A DNA stretch of 61,379 nucleotides, taken from the NCBI GenBank assembly GCA_040389165.1, contig JAZKAK010000025.1, forward strand, positions 1 to 61,379. Direction: 5' to 3'. A program made the translations under genes and the position numbers. The notes under the pieces were generated by a model. The model ran no database searches. It was not told the origin of the DNA and saw nothing but the letters and a program-made list of their open reading frames with translations. Of the stretch, positions 42,701-52,180 are shown in pieces. Source of the DNA: Pseudomonadota bacterium. GTDB lineage: Bacteria > Pseudomonadota > Alphaproteobacteria > Paracaedibacterales > CAIOTO01. Positions within the stretch are counted from its first letter, which is position 1. Every line of letters begins with the position of its first letter.

Positions 42701-42734
42701 CCGGATGTTTAATAAAGTATCCCGTTATATTCAT
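39723..42734 (-). CDS. RND efflux transporter permease subunit
   Basis: FIKHPV, LAIGLVVDDAIVVLENI, GLITKNGILIVEFA, LRLRPILMT. Confidence 0.95.
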   Translation of the reverse strand: MNITGYFIKHPVIALVINAMVLIIGVLCFDQLSLREYPSISFSTISVSTTYPNASADVIESTVTNVLEDNLAGIEGLMDLQSTTQSGWVDITLNFNAGVPIDRAMTAARDAVSLAMDALPKDIKQPIIKKKTADSNGPPFIAVSIESNTSDFGALTHYANLNLKNAFRSIPGVSSVDIYGQQYIYEITLDPKFLYMFGVNADEVYEVLKASDSSFPVGKFQNQIPTTFVRSLNSQEDYENLVIRSATKESPSILLRSVATVVQKTDDTSSRVKVNGKSGVVICIRRGVSANPVDVSDLVNEKVEEVKQSLPKDMRMRVVLDQAEFVKSSISTIQSSIIESILLVLGIVFLFLRSFRATFIPLVTIPISLAGSMLFLSMFGCTINIITLLAMVLAIGLVVDDAIVVLENIARHIEEGLKPLDAAIKGGKEIGFAIVAMTFTLVSVFVPIAFIQGAIGQLFVEFAIALAGSVFVSGVVALTLSPLMCGAFLKSERRNLCPGVDVFLDKVTVKYEALLTILLTKTKLVILVMLCVFGATFSLVKVLPTEMAPKEDRGLIGVFIPAILGKDINVLEGYIGEVQQKIGILPEAESVMVFAGDWGAYLCFGLKPKANRNRSAEMLRENIQALVNDFPSVDMFVESIDSGLPGLESSGGNDLKMVVSTVDSYSALYESAEKITKASIDEKIFTSLAHNLNLNSKSYTIDFNNNLLGKYKLDAASITKQVSIFFSNDRSLAFNKDGISYSITLKGKDKPWTLDELYVTNKEGSRISLGTLGTLKPSTQPDSLFHYNQMRSLTLTAQTAGGSLDQNMNALKKLADATLPHAYKETWIGTAKVHKESASTMMILIMLAIVFIYAILAIQFESFLDPLIVMLTVPLASMGALLVLWLSSQSMNIYTQIGLITLIGLITKNGILIVEFANQQMAKGMNAVDAVKKAAGLRLRPILMTTSAMILGALPLILSNSSGSETRRVIGAVLVGGLSFGTLLTLILLPTFYAAIKEKTSSI

Positions 42735-43822
42735 TTCTTTAGACTCGTGTCAGTATTTTTGACTGCCTCGGCAACTTTTGGATTATGAATTTTAACTTCT
42801 GTATCGTTTGATAAACGTGACTGCCCATGCGATACGATCACATCACCAGCAACGAGTCCTTTTGTTATTTCCACCATATCACGTGCACGCAGACCCAGCT
42901 CGATAGGTTTCAACACTGTTTTCGAATCTTTTATCAGATACACATGTGGTTTTCCTTGTTCCAAGAAAACTGCGTCATCGGGTAAAACAATAACATTATT
43001 TTTCTCAGAGACTGTCAATTCCACGTCAATAGGCATACCAACAATGCACTCCTTTGATTCAATAGCTACCGTTGCTGGTGCCATATGTGTGGACTCATCA
43101 AGCATCTTTTGCACCTCTTGTAGTGGGTACTGCTTTCCGTCAATCACTACTTTCTGTCCTATATTAACAGAGGCTATCAAAGATGCAGGAATATCAAATT
43201 CAACAATCATTGTCGTTGGATCATAAAAAGTTAATAAAATTGCCCCTTCTTTAATTTCAGTTCCATCACGCCCTTTATAAGCACCGATAATTCCATCAAA
43301 GGGTGCATGAAATCTTATTTTAGCGAGTTCAATATTTGCTGCAGCCAGATTTCTTTCAGCTTCAAGAAAAAGCGATTGCTTTTCTTCAGCTGCTTGTTTA
43401 CTGCTGGCACCTGTTTTTAATAATATTTTTGTGCGCTCAAATTGAGCATTTGCTATTTGCACAGAAGAAACAGCAGATTCGCATCTTTTTTCGATATCTG
43501 GGTTACTAATACGCGCGATAAGTGTGTCTTTGGTTACGGTATCACCTGCTTTTCTTAAAACTTCAAGAATACCAGAAGCCTTTGCAATGAGGAGAGTTGA
43601 ACGTTTTGCACGCACGGTGCCAATAAGACGCACTGTTTGTTCGATGTGTTGCGGCGTAGCTGCCACAACTTCAACTACTTTAGTTATGGGCTCTATTTTC
43701 TTTGTCGTAAATAAGGTGACACATAAAATAATCCCAAGAAGAGCGATAATAGTTGAGAATATGATAAAATTCTGTCTGCTATGTTCTGAAATAATTTTTC
43801 TTATTTTATTATAAATTTCCAT
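42731..43822 (-). CDS. RND efflux periplasmic adaptor (MFP) subunit
   Basis: N-terminal TM, APFDGIIG lipoyl motif, GL.AGD.IV; 4-bp overlap with the permease. Confidence 0.92.
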   Translation of the reverse strand: MEIYNKIRKIISEHSRQNFIIFSTIIALLGIILCVTLFTTKKIEPITKVVEVVAATPQHIEQTVRLIGTVRAKRSTLLIAKASGILEVLRKAGDTVTKDTLIARISNPDIEKRCESAVSSVQIANAQFERTKILLKTGASSKQAAEEKQSLFLEAERNLAAANIELAKIRFHAPFDGIIGAYKGRDGTEIKEGAILLTFYDPTTMIVEFDIPASLIASVNIGQKVVIDGKQYPLQEVQKMLDESTHMAPATVAIESKECIVGMPIDVELTVSEKNNVIVLPDDAVFLEQGKPHVYLIKDSKTVLKPIELGLRARDMVEITKGLVAGDVIVSHGQSRLSNDTEVKIHNPKVAEAVKNTDTSLKK

Positions 43823-43973
43823 AGCTTAAAGACTCATCGTGTATAAATAAATAGTAAGCTCTACCATCTCACAAAAGAAAACGAAAAACCATAAATTTAT
43901 TCTTAATAAAGCCTATTCTGTCGGGTCACTCTTTTTTATAGCGTATAAACCTTGATTTTGATATAATTCCATT

Positions 43974-44070
43974 GGAAGATCTTTGGGTGGGCATGTGTAT
44001 TCGTGAACCCGGTCAGGTCCGGAAGGAAGCAGCCGAAGCGAAAGTGCGTGGGCTATCCGCTAGATCTTCC
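43974..44070 (+). ncRNA. ffs: Signal recognition particle 4.5S RNA
   Basis: Core CCGGTCAGGTCCGGAAGGAAGCAGC; terminal stem GGAAGATCT/AGATCTTCC; TATAAT at 43962; upstream of dnaX as usual. Confidence 0.95.
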
Positions 44071-44116
44071 ACTAATTTTTGAATTAAATGACATACGCAA
44101 TTATATATTCTTTTAC

Positions 44117-44217
44117 TATCATTCCCGTGCAGGCTGGAATCCAGAAATAATTTAGTTCAACATACCTACTCTATATAAGTTAAGATAGTCTAGATCCCCG
44201 CCTACGCGAGGATGACA
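44117..44217. repeat. Second, degenerate GTCATTCCCGC-type palindromic element
   Basis: TATCATTCCCGTGCAGGCTGGAATCCAG ... CTAGATCCCCGCCTACGCGAGGATGACA; same arms and nearly the same length (101 vs 100 bp) as 15897-15996. Confidence 0.78.
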
Positions 44218-44235
44218 ACGCAAATTGGTAAACCT

Positions 44236-45930
44236 ATGACTCAAAAAGCGTATACAGTTCTAGCCAGGCGTTATCGCCCAACACGGCTTGCAGACCTCGT
44301 TGGTCAAGATCTCCTTCAATCAACGCTCACCGAAGCAATTCAACAAAATCATCTCCCGCACGCAATTTTATTGCACGGTATTCGTGGCGTTGGCAAAACA
44401 ACGACAGCACGCATTATTGCACGCGCGCTCAATTGCATCGGTGAAGATGGAAAAGGTTCCGTCACACCGAACCCCTGCGGCGTATGCACTTCGTGCTTAG
44501 ATATATCAGCTGACCGACATCTAGACGTTATTGAAATGGATGCTGCCAGCCGTACAGGCGTCGATGATGTTCGTGAAATTATTGAATCATCGCGTTACAA
44601 AGCCGTTAAAGGTCGTTTTAAGATATTCATCATCGACGAAGTTCACATGCTCTCAAAAAGCGCATTTAATGCACTGCTTAAAACATTAGAAGAACCACCT
44701 GCACACGTTAAATTTATTTTTGCCACTACCGAGATCCGCAAAATTCCGGATACTATTTTATCGCGTTGCATGCGTTTTGATCTGAAACGTATTGAACCAG
44801 CCGTTATTCTTTCCTATATTGCCGACTTATGCCGACAAGAAGGCATCACAGCTTCAAATGAAGCGCTTGGCCATATTGCACGTGCTGGTGATGGCTCAAT
44901 GCGTGATGCGTTATCTTTGCTTGATCAAGCTATCGCTTTGTCTTTATCTAATAATGCCGCTGGAGTAACAGAAACACTCGTGCGACAAATGTTAGGTGCT
45001 ACGGATCGCAGTCATTTGTTCTCATTGTTAAAAGCATTATTTGAAGGCAGGACAGATGATTTATTAACACTGACTAACACGCTTTTTCATGATGGAATAG
45101 ATCCACTTTTGTTGATGCAAGAACTTTTAGAAGGTATTTATTGGCTAACATGCCTAAAGACACTGCCTAAAATGAAAGACGATCTTACATGGCCACAAGA
45201 GGATCGGAATCAGGGATGTGCATTACTTGATAATCTTGGACTTGCATCGCTGGCGCGCGCATGGCAAGTACTCTCTAAGGGCTACGAAGAAATTCAAAAG
45301 AATCCACTACAAAAGCAAGCATGTCAAATGGTGCTTATTCGTTTTTGTCATATGAACACATTACCATCCATTGATAAAATTATTGAGACAATGACATATG
45401 GTGAGAACCAAAATAATTCATCAAGCAAGCTAGCCGGTGGGGCGCCCTCCTCCGCTTCCTCTCTTTCAGCAACAACATCTTCTCCAGCCACACGTATTGT
45501 TGCTCAGGAAGCTCACTTACAGGCTGTTGATGCAAGCATAAATCAAGGTCATGTGAACAATCTGCCTCAATCTTTTGAGGCACTTGTAGCGTTACTTCAT
45601 GAAAAACGTGATTTACTCCTTGCTGCACACCTCACGCATGACGTGCGCGTGACACACTATTGTGTTGGCGAAATTACACTAAATATGGATATGACGCGTT
45701 TAGGACACGTGCCCGCGCAGCTCCGTATCGCTTTAAAAAAACATACAGATATTGATTGGATCTTACATGTCACATCAGATGTTTCTGGTCGTACAATAGC
45801 TGATATTCAAAAAGAAGCCTTACTTTTTAAAATAGACCAAGCAAAAGATGATCCATTTTTAAAAGATTTCTTGAATGCACTTCCTCATGCAACCCTAACC
45901 CTCATGGAACAAAATTATGCGCGGAATTAA
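44236..45930 (+). CDS. dnaX: DNA polymerase III subunit gamma/tau
   Basis: YTVLARRYRP, GIRGVGKTT, EMDAAS, IIDEVHMLS, LKTLEEPP, SRC. Start taken at MTQKAY. Confidence 0.96.
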   Translation: MTQKAYTVLARRYRPTRLADLVGQDLLQSTLTEAIQQNHLPHAILLHGIRGVGKTTTARIIARALNCIGEDGKGSVTPNPCGVCTSCLDISADRHLDVIEMDAASRTGVDDVREIIESSRYKAVKGRFKIFIIDEVHMLSKSAFNALLKTLEEPPAHVKFIFATTEIRKIPDTILSRCMRFDLKRIEPAVILSYIADLCRQEGITASNEALGHIARAGDGSMRDALSLLDQAIALSLSNNAAGVTETLVRQMLGATDRSHLFSLLKALFEGRTDDLLTLTNTLFHDGIDPLLLMQELLEGIYWLTCLKTLPKMKDDLTWPQEDRNQGCALLDNLGLASLARAWQVLSKGYEEIQKNPLQKQACQMVLIRFCHMNTLPSIDKIIETMTYGENQNNSSSKLAGGAPSSASSLSATTSSPATRIVAQEAHLQAVDASINQGHVNNLPQSFEALVALLHEKRDLLLAAHLTHDVRVTHYCVGEITLNMDMTRLGHVPAQLRIALKKHTDIDWILHVTSDVSGRTIADIQKEALLFKIDQAKDDPFLKDFLNALPHATLTLMEQNYARN

Positions 45931-46240
45931 TCAAATGTTACAACAAGCTCAGAAATTGCAAAAACAAATGGATGATATGCAAAAGCAGCTTGACTCAGTA
46001 GAAGTTGAAGGTGCTTCTGGAGGTGGCATGGTGAGAGTTTCAGTAACAGGAAAAGGTGATTTAAAACGAATTAAAATAGATCCATCTTTAATAGATCAAA
46101 CCGAAATTGAGATGCTTGAAGATTTAATTATCGCTGCTGTGCACGATGCGAAATCAAAAGCGGATAGCCAAGCTTCATCTGAGATGTCAAAACTAACAGG
46201 CGGATTATCGTTACCAGGCGGAATGAAATTACCTTTTTAA
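45917..46240 (+). CDS. ybaB: YbaB/EbfC nucleoid-associated protein
   Basis: QAQKLQ, GASGGGMV.V, LEDLIIAA, LPGGMKLPF. Confidence 0.94.
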   Translation: MRGINQMLQQAQKLQKQMDDMQKQLDSVEVEGASGGGMVRVSVTGKGDLKRIKIDPSLIDQTEIEMLEDLIIAAVHDAKSKADSQASSEMSKLTGGLSLPGGMKLPF

Positions 46241-46299
46241 GGCTGAGAAAGCTATTTTTATGCACCTCCTAGATTAGTTCTTACCAAGAGCATGCCATG

Positions 46300-46423
46300 T
46301 AATACAGTTTTCAAAAAGTTTTGAGTAGTAAGACATCAAAATTCGAGTAGCGGAGTGTACACTTCATGAGCAGCGGAGATATTGCAGAGGGCTGAACTAA
46401 TCGAAATTTAATGAAATGGTATA
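46300..46423. repeat. Degenerate TA-ended RPE/Correia-like miniature element
   Basis: Internal GCGGAGTGTACAC...CATGAGCAGCGGAG motif and right end AAATGGTATA; left end only imperfectly complementary. Confidence 0.4.
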
Positions 46424-46426
46424 AGC

Positions 46427-47302
46427 TTAGAAACAAATCGATTGCCGTGCTTCGCTGGCATAGTTCACAAAATAATGTTTCATTTTTCTCAACGCACGTA
46501 CTTCTAATTGACGAACGCGCTCTTTGGTGATTCCAAGCGTATTACCAATTGTTTCCAAGGTTTCCTGTGGATCTTGTAATCGTCGTTTTAGTATAATATA
46601 TACTTCACGTGGATTTAGCACTTCCATTGCCTGGTAAATCCATTTGTGCCGTACTGCTTCTTCCTGATTTTGACTGTTTTCTTCCTCTGGGGTCATGCGT
46701 TCGTCTTTTAATAAACTAATCCACTCTTCCTCTGAATTTACGGCCGTTATGCTCAAAGAAAAATCATGGTGCAATAAACGTTGCTCCATTTCAGCAACAT
46801 CGTTTAACGATACATGAAGAATTTTTGAAATTTCTTCATGCTGCTCATGTGACATAAGATCAGCCGATAAATGTGACAATTGACTTTTTAAGCGCTTTAA
46901 ATTAAAAAAAAGCATTTTCTGGGAAGTTGTAGAGCCAGTACGAACAATTGACCAATTGCGCAAAACATAATCTTGAATAAACGCGCGTATCCACCATTTT
47001 GCATAGGTTGAAAACCGAACATCACGCTCGGGATCAAAACGTTGAGCAGAATGTAATAACCCTAGATTACCTTCTTGTATGAGATCACTAAAAGGGAGAC
47101 CGTAATGACGGAATCGTGATGCGGTACCAACCACGAGTTTTCCATAAGAAGAAATAAGCTTAGTGAGCGCTTTATCGTCTTGCTCATAATGCCATGCACA
47201 CGTTAAAGCATATTCTTCTTCGCGATCAAGCAGTGGCAACTTCATAGTATTTCGAATGAAGGTCAGCTCTGACTGATATGTGAGGGCATTTGCAAATTCC
47301 AT
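46427..47302 (-). CDS. rpoH: RNA polymerase sigma-32 family factor (RpoH2-like)
   Basis: DLIQEGNLGL, RFSTYAKWWIRA, RpoH box QKMLFFNL within DYVLRNWSIVR context, KERVRQLE. Confidence 0.9.
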   Translation of the reverse strand: MEFANALTYQSELTFIRNTMKLPLLDREEEYALTCAWHYEQDDKALTKLISSYGKLVVGTASRFRHYGLPFSDLIQEGNLGLLHSAQRFDPERDVRFSTYAKWWIRAFIQDYVLRNWSIVRTGSTTSQKMLFFNLKRLKSQLSHLSADLMSHEQHEEISKILHVSLNDVAEMEQRLLHHDFSLSITAVNSEEEWISLLKDERMTPEEENSQNQEEAVRHKWIYQAMEVLNPREVYIILKRRLQDPQETLETIGNTLGITKERVRQLEVRALRKMKHYFVNYASEARQSICF

Positions 47303-47553
47303 ACAATAATTTCAATCTATTTTATAGATTTAATATAGCATCTGATTGTTAATATTTAATTAATATAATTATAATTTTTTATTAACAACAACATGTCTTT
47401 TATATGTTGAATGATCTCTAAATTAATACATAGATTAGCTAGATATTCTTTAATCGTATTTGTATAAAGAATTTTGATTACAACATTTCTGCAAAAAAAT
47501 CTGATTCAATCGCTGTTTTATGCTAGATTCAAGTCAACATCAGGAGAATACTC

Positions 47554-49773
47554 ATGGCATCTACAAAAACTGACAACGTTGTCAATATTGATTTTGAAAA
47601 AGCGCTAAGCGAGCGTTATTTAGCATATGCATTATCAACAATTATGTCGCGTTCTTTGCCGGATGTTCGTGATGGGCTAAAACCTGTTCACCGTCGCTTA
47701 ATTTTTGCTATGCAGCAGCTTCGTTTAAACCCTCAGTCAGGCTATAAAAAATGCGCGCGTGTTGTTGGTGACGTAATGGGTAAATTCCATCCACATGGGG
47801 ATTCAGCAATTTATGGCGCACTTGTACGTTTAGCTCAAGACTTTTCAGTGCGTTATCCCTTAATTGATGGTCAAGGAAACTTCGGTAACATCGACGGTGA
47901 CTCTGCTGCGGCAATGCGCTATACAGAAGCAAGGCTCACGCCGCTTGCTATGGAGCTAATGGACGGCTTAGATGAGAATTCCGTTAACTTCAGATCAACT
48001 TATGATGGTGAACAAGAAGAACCTTTGGTGTTTCCTGCAACGTTCCCAAATTTACTCGCTAATGGGTCGACAGGCATTGCTGTTGGTATGGCTACATCAA
48101 TTCCTCCGCATAATCTAGATGAGTTATGTGATGGATTATTACTACTACTTACAAATCCAGCGGCCTCTATTGCTGAACTAGTTGCTTTAATCCCTGGCCC
48201 TGACTTTCCAACAGGTGGAATTTTAGTTGAGGATCATGCGACGATATTAAAGGCATATGAAACAGGTCGTGGCAGTTTTCGCTTACGCGCTCGATTTGAA
48301 ACAGAAGAATTAAAAGGCGGCTTATTCCGCGTTATTATTACTGAAATTCCTTATATGGTTGAAAAATCAAAGCTAATTGAGCGCATCGCCACATTATTAA
48401 CTGATAAGAAATTACCATTACTTGATGACATTCAAGATGAATCAACAGATGAAGTACGTATTGCTCTTATTCCACGAAATCGCAACGTTGATCCTATCAT
48501 ATTAATGGAATCTCTGTTTCGTATTACAGATTTGGAAGTGCGTATACCGCTTAATCTTAATGTGCTGGACGCTAATACAGTTCCACGTGTTATGAATATT
48601 AAAGAAGTTCTGTCAGCCTTTTTGGATCATCGTTTGGTGGTTCTAGAGCGCCGCACTGAATACCGTTTGCTGCAAATACTAAATCGTCTTGAAATTTTAA
48701 AAGGGCTTTTGATTGTCTATTTGAACTTAGACGAAATTATCCAGATTATTCGTGAAGAAGATGAACCAAAAACCGTAATGATGATGCGTTTTGATCTTAA
48801 TGAAACACAGGCTGAAGCTATTTTAAATATGCGCTTGCGTGCACTTCGTAAAATTCAGGAAATTGAGATTCGAAAAGAATTTGATGATTTAACAACAGAG
48901 CAAGGACAATTAGAAGCTCTCTTGGCAGATCCAAAGAAAAAAAGAAATATGATCACCAAAGATATGAAAGATCTGCAAAAACGATTTGGTAAAAATACTG
49001 TTATTGGAAAACGTCGCACGGATTTATCAAAAGCACCAGACGTTGTGATTGTGCCTTTTGAAGATGAGATTGAAAAAGAAGATGTAACAATTGTTTTGTC
49101 TGCAAAGAACTGGATCCGTACCATTAAAGGGCATAATGCTTCTGATCTGAAATATAAAGATGGTGATGAAGAACGTTATGTATTAAATGCATCAACGACA
49201 GATAAGTTGCTACTGTTAGCAACTAACGGTCGATTCTTCACGATTGGCGTTGACAAAATAACACGAACCCGCGGTCATGGTGATCCCATCCGCATGTCAA
49301 TTGAGCTTGAGAATACAGATGAAATCGTTAATGCTTTTATAATTACACCTGGACGTGAGCAACGGTTTATTTTGATGTCAAGCAGTGCGCGTGGCTTCAT
49401 TATTAAAGCTGATGATATTCTTGCGCAAACAAAAAGTGGTAAGCAGGTTTTAACGCTCGAAGACAAAGAAAAACCATTTGCGTGTTTACCAATTGATGGC
49501 GATCATGTGGCTATTATTGGTGAGAACCGTAAATTATTATTTTTTCCTATTGCCGATTTGCCAGAAATGGCACGAGGAAAAGGCGTCACTTTCCAAAAAT
49601 ATAAAGATGGCTCTGTCTCGGATATTAAGATTATTACAGCAGAGGATGGGCTTCGCTGGAAGCGTGCTGAAAAAGACTATCATCAAAAAGATTTGCGCTT
49701 ATGGCTTGGTAAACGTGCTGCTTCTGGGCGATTAGCACCGATTGGTTTTCCAAGAACGAACAAATTTGAGTAA
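47554..49773 (+). CDS. parC: DNA topoisomerase IV subunit A
   Basis: [51 protein letters not shown]; short CTD and no GyrA box seen. Confidence 0.95.
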   Translation: MASTKTDNVVNIDFEKALSERYLAYALSTIMSRSLPDVRDGLKPVHRRLIFAMQQLRLNPQSGYKKCARVVGDVMGKFHPHGDSAIYGALVRLAQDFSVRYPLIDGQGNFGNIDGDSAAAMRYTEARLTPLAMELMDGLDENSVNFRSTYDGEQEEPLVFPATFPNLLANGSTGIAVGMATSIPPHNLDELCDGLLLLLTNPAASIAELVALIPGPDFPTGGILVEDHATILKAYETGRGSFRLRARFETEELKGGLFRVIITEIPYMVEKSKLIERIATLLTDKKLPLLDDIQDESTDEVRIALIPRNRNVDPIILMESLFRITDLEVRIPLNLNVLDANTVPRVMNIKEVLSAFLDHRLVVLERRTEYRLLQILNRLEILKGLLIVYLNLDEIIQIIREEDEPKTVMMMRFDLNETQAEAILNMRLRALRKIQEIEIRKEFDDLTTEQGQLEALLADPKKKRNMITKDMKDLQKRFGKNTVIGKRRTDLSKAPDVVIVPFEDEIEKEDVTIVLSAKNWIRTIKGHNASDLKYKDGDEERYVLNASTTDKLLLLATNGRFFTIGVDKITRTRGHGDPIRMSIELENTDEIVNAFIITPGREQRFILMSSSARGFIIKADDILAQTKSGKQVLTLEDKEKPFACLPIDGDHVAIIGENRKLLFFPIADLPEMARGKGVTFQKYKDGSVSDIKIITAEDGLRWKRAEKDYHQKDLRLWLGKRAASGRLAPIGFPRTNKFE

Positions 49774-49878
49774 ACAGATTCATGCATGCTTAATATGCCT
49801 CTGTAGTTAAGCAGAGAGACCCGATTACTCGAGTCTCTTAATACTTATCTTATAAAGAAAAATAGGCGATATAAAAAG

Positions 49879-51249
49879 TTACTCAATCGTGCAAACGACC
49901 CCAGAAACACTATTGGGAAGTGCTTCGGTAATCAATACATCAATTGTTTCACCTTGCAATCGCGGATTTCCTTCGAAGTGAACCGACTGCATAAAAGGTG
50001 TTTTGCCAGATAGCTGCCCAGCACGCTTACCTTCACGGTCAACAAGCACCTGTTGTTTTGTATTAACCTTGCTCTTGTTGAAATCAAGCTGTTGCTCATT
50101 AAGTAAATCTTGTAGTTCTGCTAGGCGCTCCACTTTAACTGCTTCCGGAACTTGTAAATCCATTGAACCTGCAGGCGTACCCGGACGAATGCTGTATTTA
50201 AAGGAATAGGCTTGCGCGTAATTAATGGCGCGCACAAGACCAAGCGTTGCGTTATGATCCTCTTTTGTCTCACCTGGGAACCCAACAATAAAATCGGATG
50301 ACATTGCAATATCAGGACGCGCTTTTCGCAGTCTGTCAATAACGTGTATGTAGTGATCAGTTGTATGACGGCGATTCATGGCTTCTAATATGCGATTACT
50401 ACCTGATTGAATAGGAAGATGCAAATACGGCATTAGTTGTGGCACGTCCCCATGCGCCTTGATGAGCTCGTCATCCATATCCATAGGATGTGACGTTGTA
50501 TAACGAATACGTTCAAGCCCCTCAATTTCAGCCAATTCATAAATTAAACGACCAAGACCCCATTCAATATCACTTGAATTAGGTGCAATACCATGAAATG
50601 CGTTTACATTTTGTCCAAGCAACGTAATTTCTTTTGTACCGAGTGAAACCAAACGACGTGTATCGGCAATAATATCAGCAACAGGCCGCGAGTACTCAGC
50701 GCCGCGTGTATACGGTACTACACAGAACGTGCAAAAATTATCACAGCCTTCTTGAACGGAAACATAGGAGGAAATGGTAGAGGTTGTTGGTTGTGGTAAG
50801 AAATCAAACTTACTTTCCACCGGAAAATCTGTGTTAACAACACCAATGTTCTTTTTCTTGCCTTTTTTAATATCACGTTCACGCGTTGTTCGCGCGATCA
50901 TTTCCGGCAGTTTATGATAAGCTTGTGGTCCAAAAACCATGCTGACATAAGGTGCTTGCCTAATAATTTCTGCACCTTCCGCTTGCGCAACACAACCCCC
51001 AACAGCGATCATCATATCGTTGCCTGATTTGGCGCGTTCATCTTTAACAATACGTAGACGACCTAAATCAGAAAAGACTTTTTGTTCTGCTTTTTCACGA
51101 ATATGACATGTATTTAAAATAGCCATATCGGCATCATTGGGCGTTTCTGTGATTTCATAGCCAAGTGGGGAGAGTAAATCAACCATGCGTTGCGAGTCAT
51201 ACACATTCATTTGGCAGCCATATGTTTTTATATACAGTTTCTTAGACAC
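49879..51249 (-). CDS. miaB: tRNA-2-methylthio-N6-dimethylallyladenosine synthase
   Basis: TYGCQMNVYDS, NTCHIREKA, CDNFCTFC radical SAM motif, TRAM domain. Confidence 0.96.
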   Translation of the reverse strand: MSKKLYIKTYGCQMNVYDSQRMVDLLSPLGYEITETPNDADMAILNTCHIREKAEQKVFSDLGRLRIVKDERAKSGNDMMIAVGGCVAQAEGAEIIRQAPYVSMVFGPQAYHKLPEMIARTTRERDIKKGKKKNIGVVNTDFPVESKFDFLPQPTTSTISSYVSVQEGCDNFCTFCVVPYTRGAEYSRPVADIIADTRRLVSLGTKEITLLGQNVNAFHGIAPNSSDIEWGLGRLIYELAEIEGLERIRYTTSHPMDMDDELIKAHGDVPQLMPYLHLPIQSGSNRILEAMNRRHTTDHYIHVIDRLRKARPDIAMSSDFIVGFPGETKEDHNATLGLVRAINYAQAYSFKYSIRPGTPAGSMDLQVPEAVKVERLAELQDLLNEQQLDFNKSKVNTKQQVLVDREGKRAGQLSGKTPFMQSVHFEGNPRLQGETIDVLITEALPNSVSGVVCTIE

Positions 51250-51420
51250 GGAATTTCTCTCTTGTTTAATAATTTAGCGATAACGTTAACGTAGCAATGA
51301 AGGTGTAATCAAGCCAAAGGATAGCAGTCTTTTAAAAAATAGTGTGAAATTAAAAAAGCCCTGAAAAAATTCATAAAGAACTTATTTCAAGGCGTGCATT
51401 AATTATCTAGCTAACGTAAA

Positions 51421-51903
51421 TCAGCTGGCGAGCACAGCAAGTTGTTCTTGCCCTGTTGCCGTTTCAGTGCCTTGCATAACGCGAATACGAGGTTTACGAC
51501 CTGTTTTGCCAAGACCAGTATTCTTCGCAATTGCACTACGGCGACGCGCGTAATTTGGTGAAACGACTGGATAATCAGATGGAAGACTCCAACGTGTTTT
51601 ATATTGAGCAAGTGTCATCCCATAAACGCTATTTAGATGGCGCTTTAACATTTGCAATTTCTTTCCATCTTCCAGACATACGATATAGTCTTCATTGATT
51701 GATTCTTCAATAGGCACAGCTGGTACAAGCGGCGCAGACAATCTAGAGTTATGTGGATTATGGCAAATTTCAGCTAAGGACTGGTATATACGATTAACAA
51801 TATTAGGAATTTCTTCGATCGTTATCGTGTGATTCGAAATATAAGCGGCGGCAATACGACTTGCATGGCCTAGAAGTTCAGAAACGTTTGATGTATCCAT
51901 CAT
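51421..51903 (-). CDS. mucR: MucR/Ros family transcriptional regulator
   Basis: PAVPIEESI, IVCLEDGKK..MLKRHL, LPSDYPVVSPNYA..RS.IAK..GLG. Start taken at MMDTS. Confidence 0.93.
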   Translation of the reverse strand: MMDTSNVSELLGHASRIAAAYISNHTITIEEIPNIVNRIYQSLAEICHNPHNSRLSAPLVPAVPIEESINEDYIVCLEDGKKLQMLKRHLNSVYGMTLAQYKTRWSLPSDYPVVSPNYARRRSAIAKNTGLGKTGRKPRIRVMQGTETATGQEQLAVLAS

Positions 51904-52180
51904 GTAAAGTCCTGTTAATACGTTTTGTTTATTATTTATACTTCTGTGAAAGAAAAAGAGCAATCCTTATTTACACATTGTTAATTTTTTGAAAAATAAA
52001 AGAAAACAGTGTGACGCGCACGACACAATAAAAACAACACGAAACAAAATGCAAAGATCCAATTACTTTTCTAAATGCATATGTAGCTTCAAAAAACGTG
52101 AATTCCTTGACAAAAACCTGTAACTTCAGCTTTACTAAGGACGAATGCAAATAATATCTAAAATAAAGGAATGCCTCCCC

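Noticed and set aside
44236-45930. Programmed -1 frameshift in dnaX
   Set aside because: I saw no A AAA AAG slippery site with a downstream hairpin; the A-run near 45735 is followed by C.
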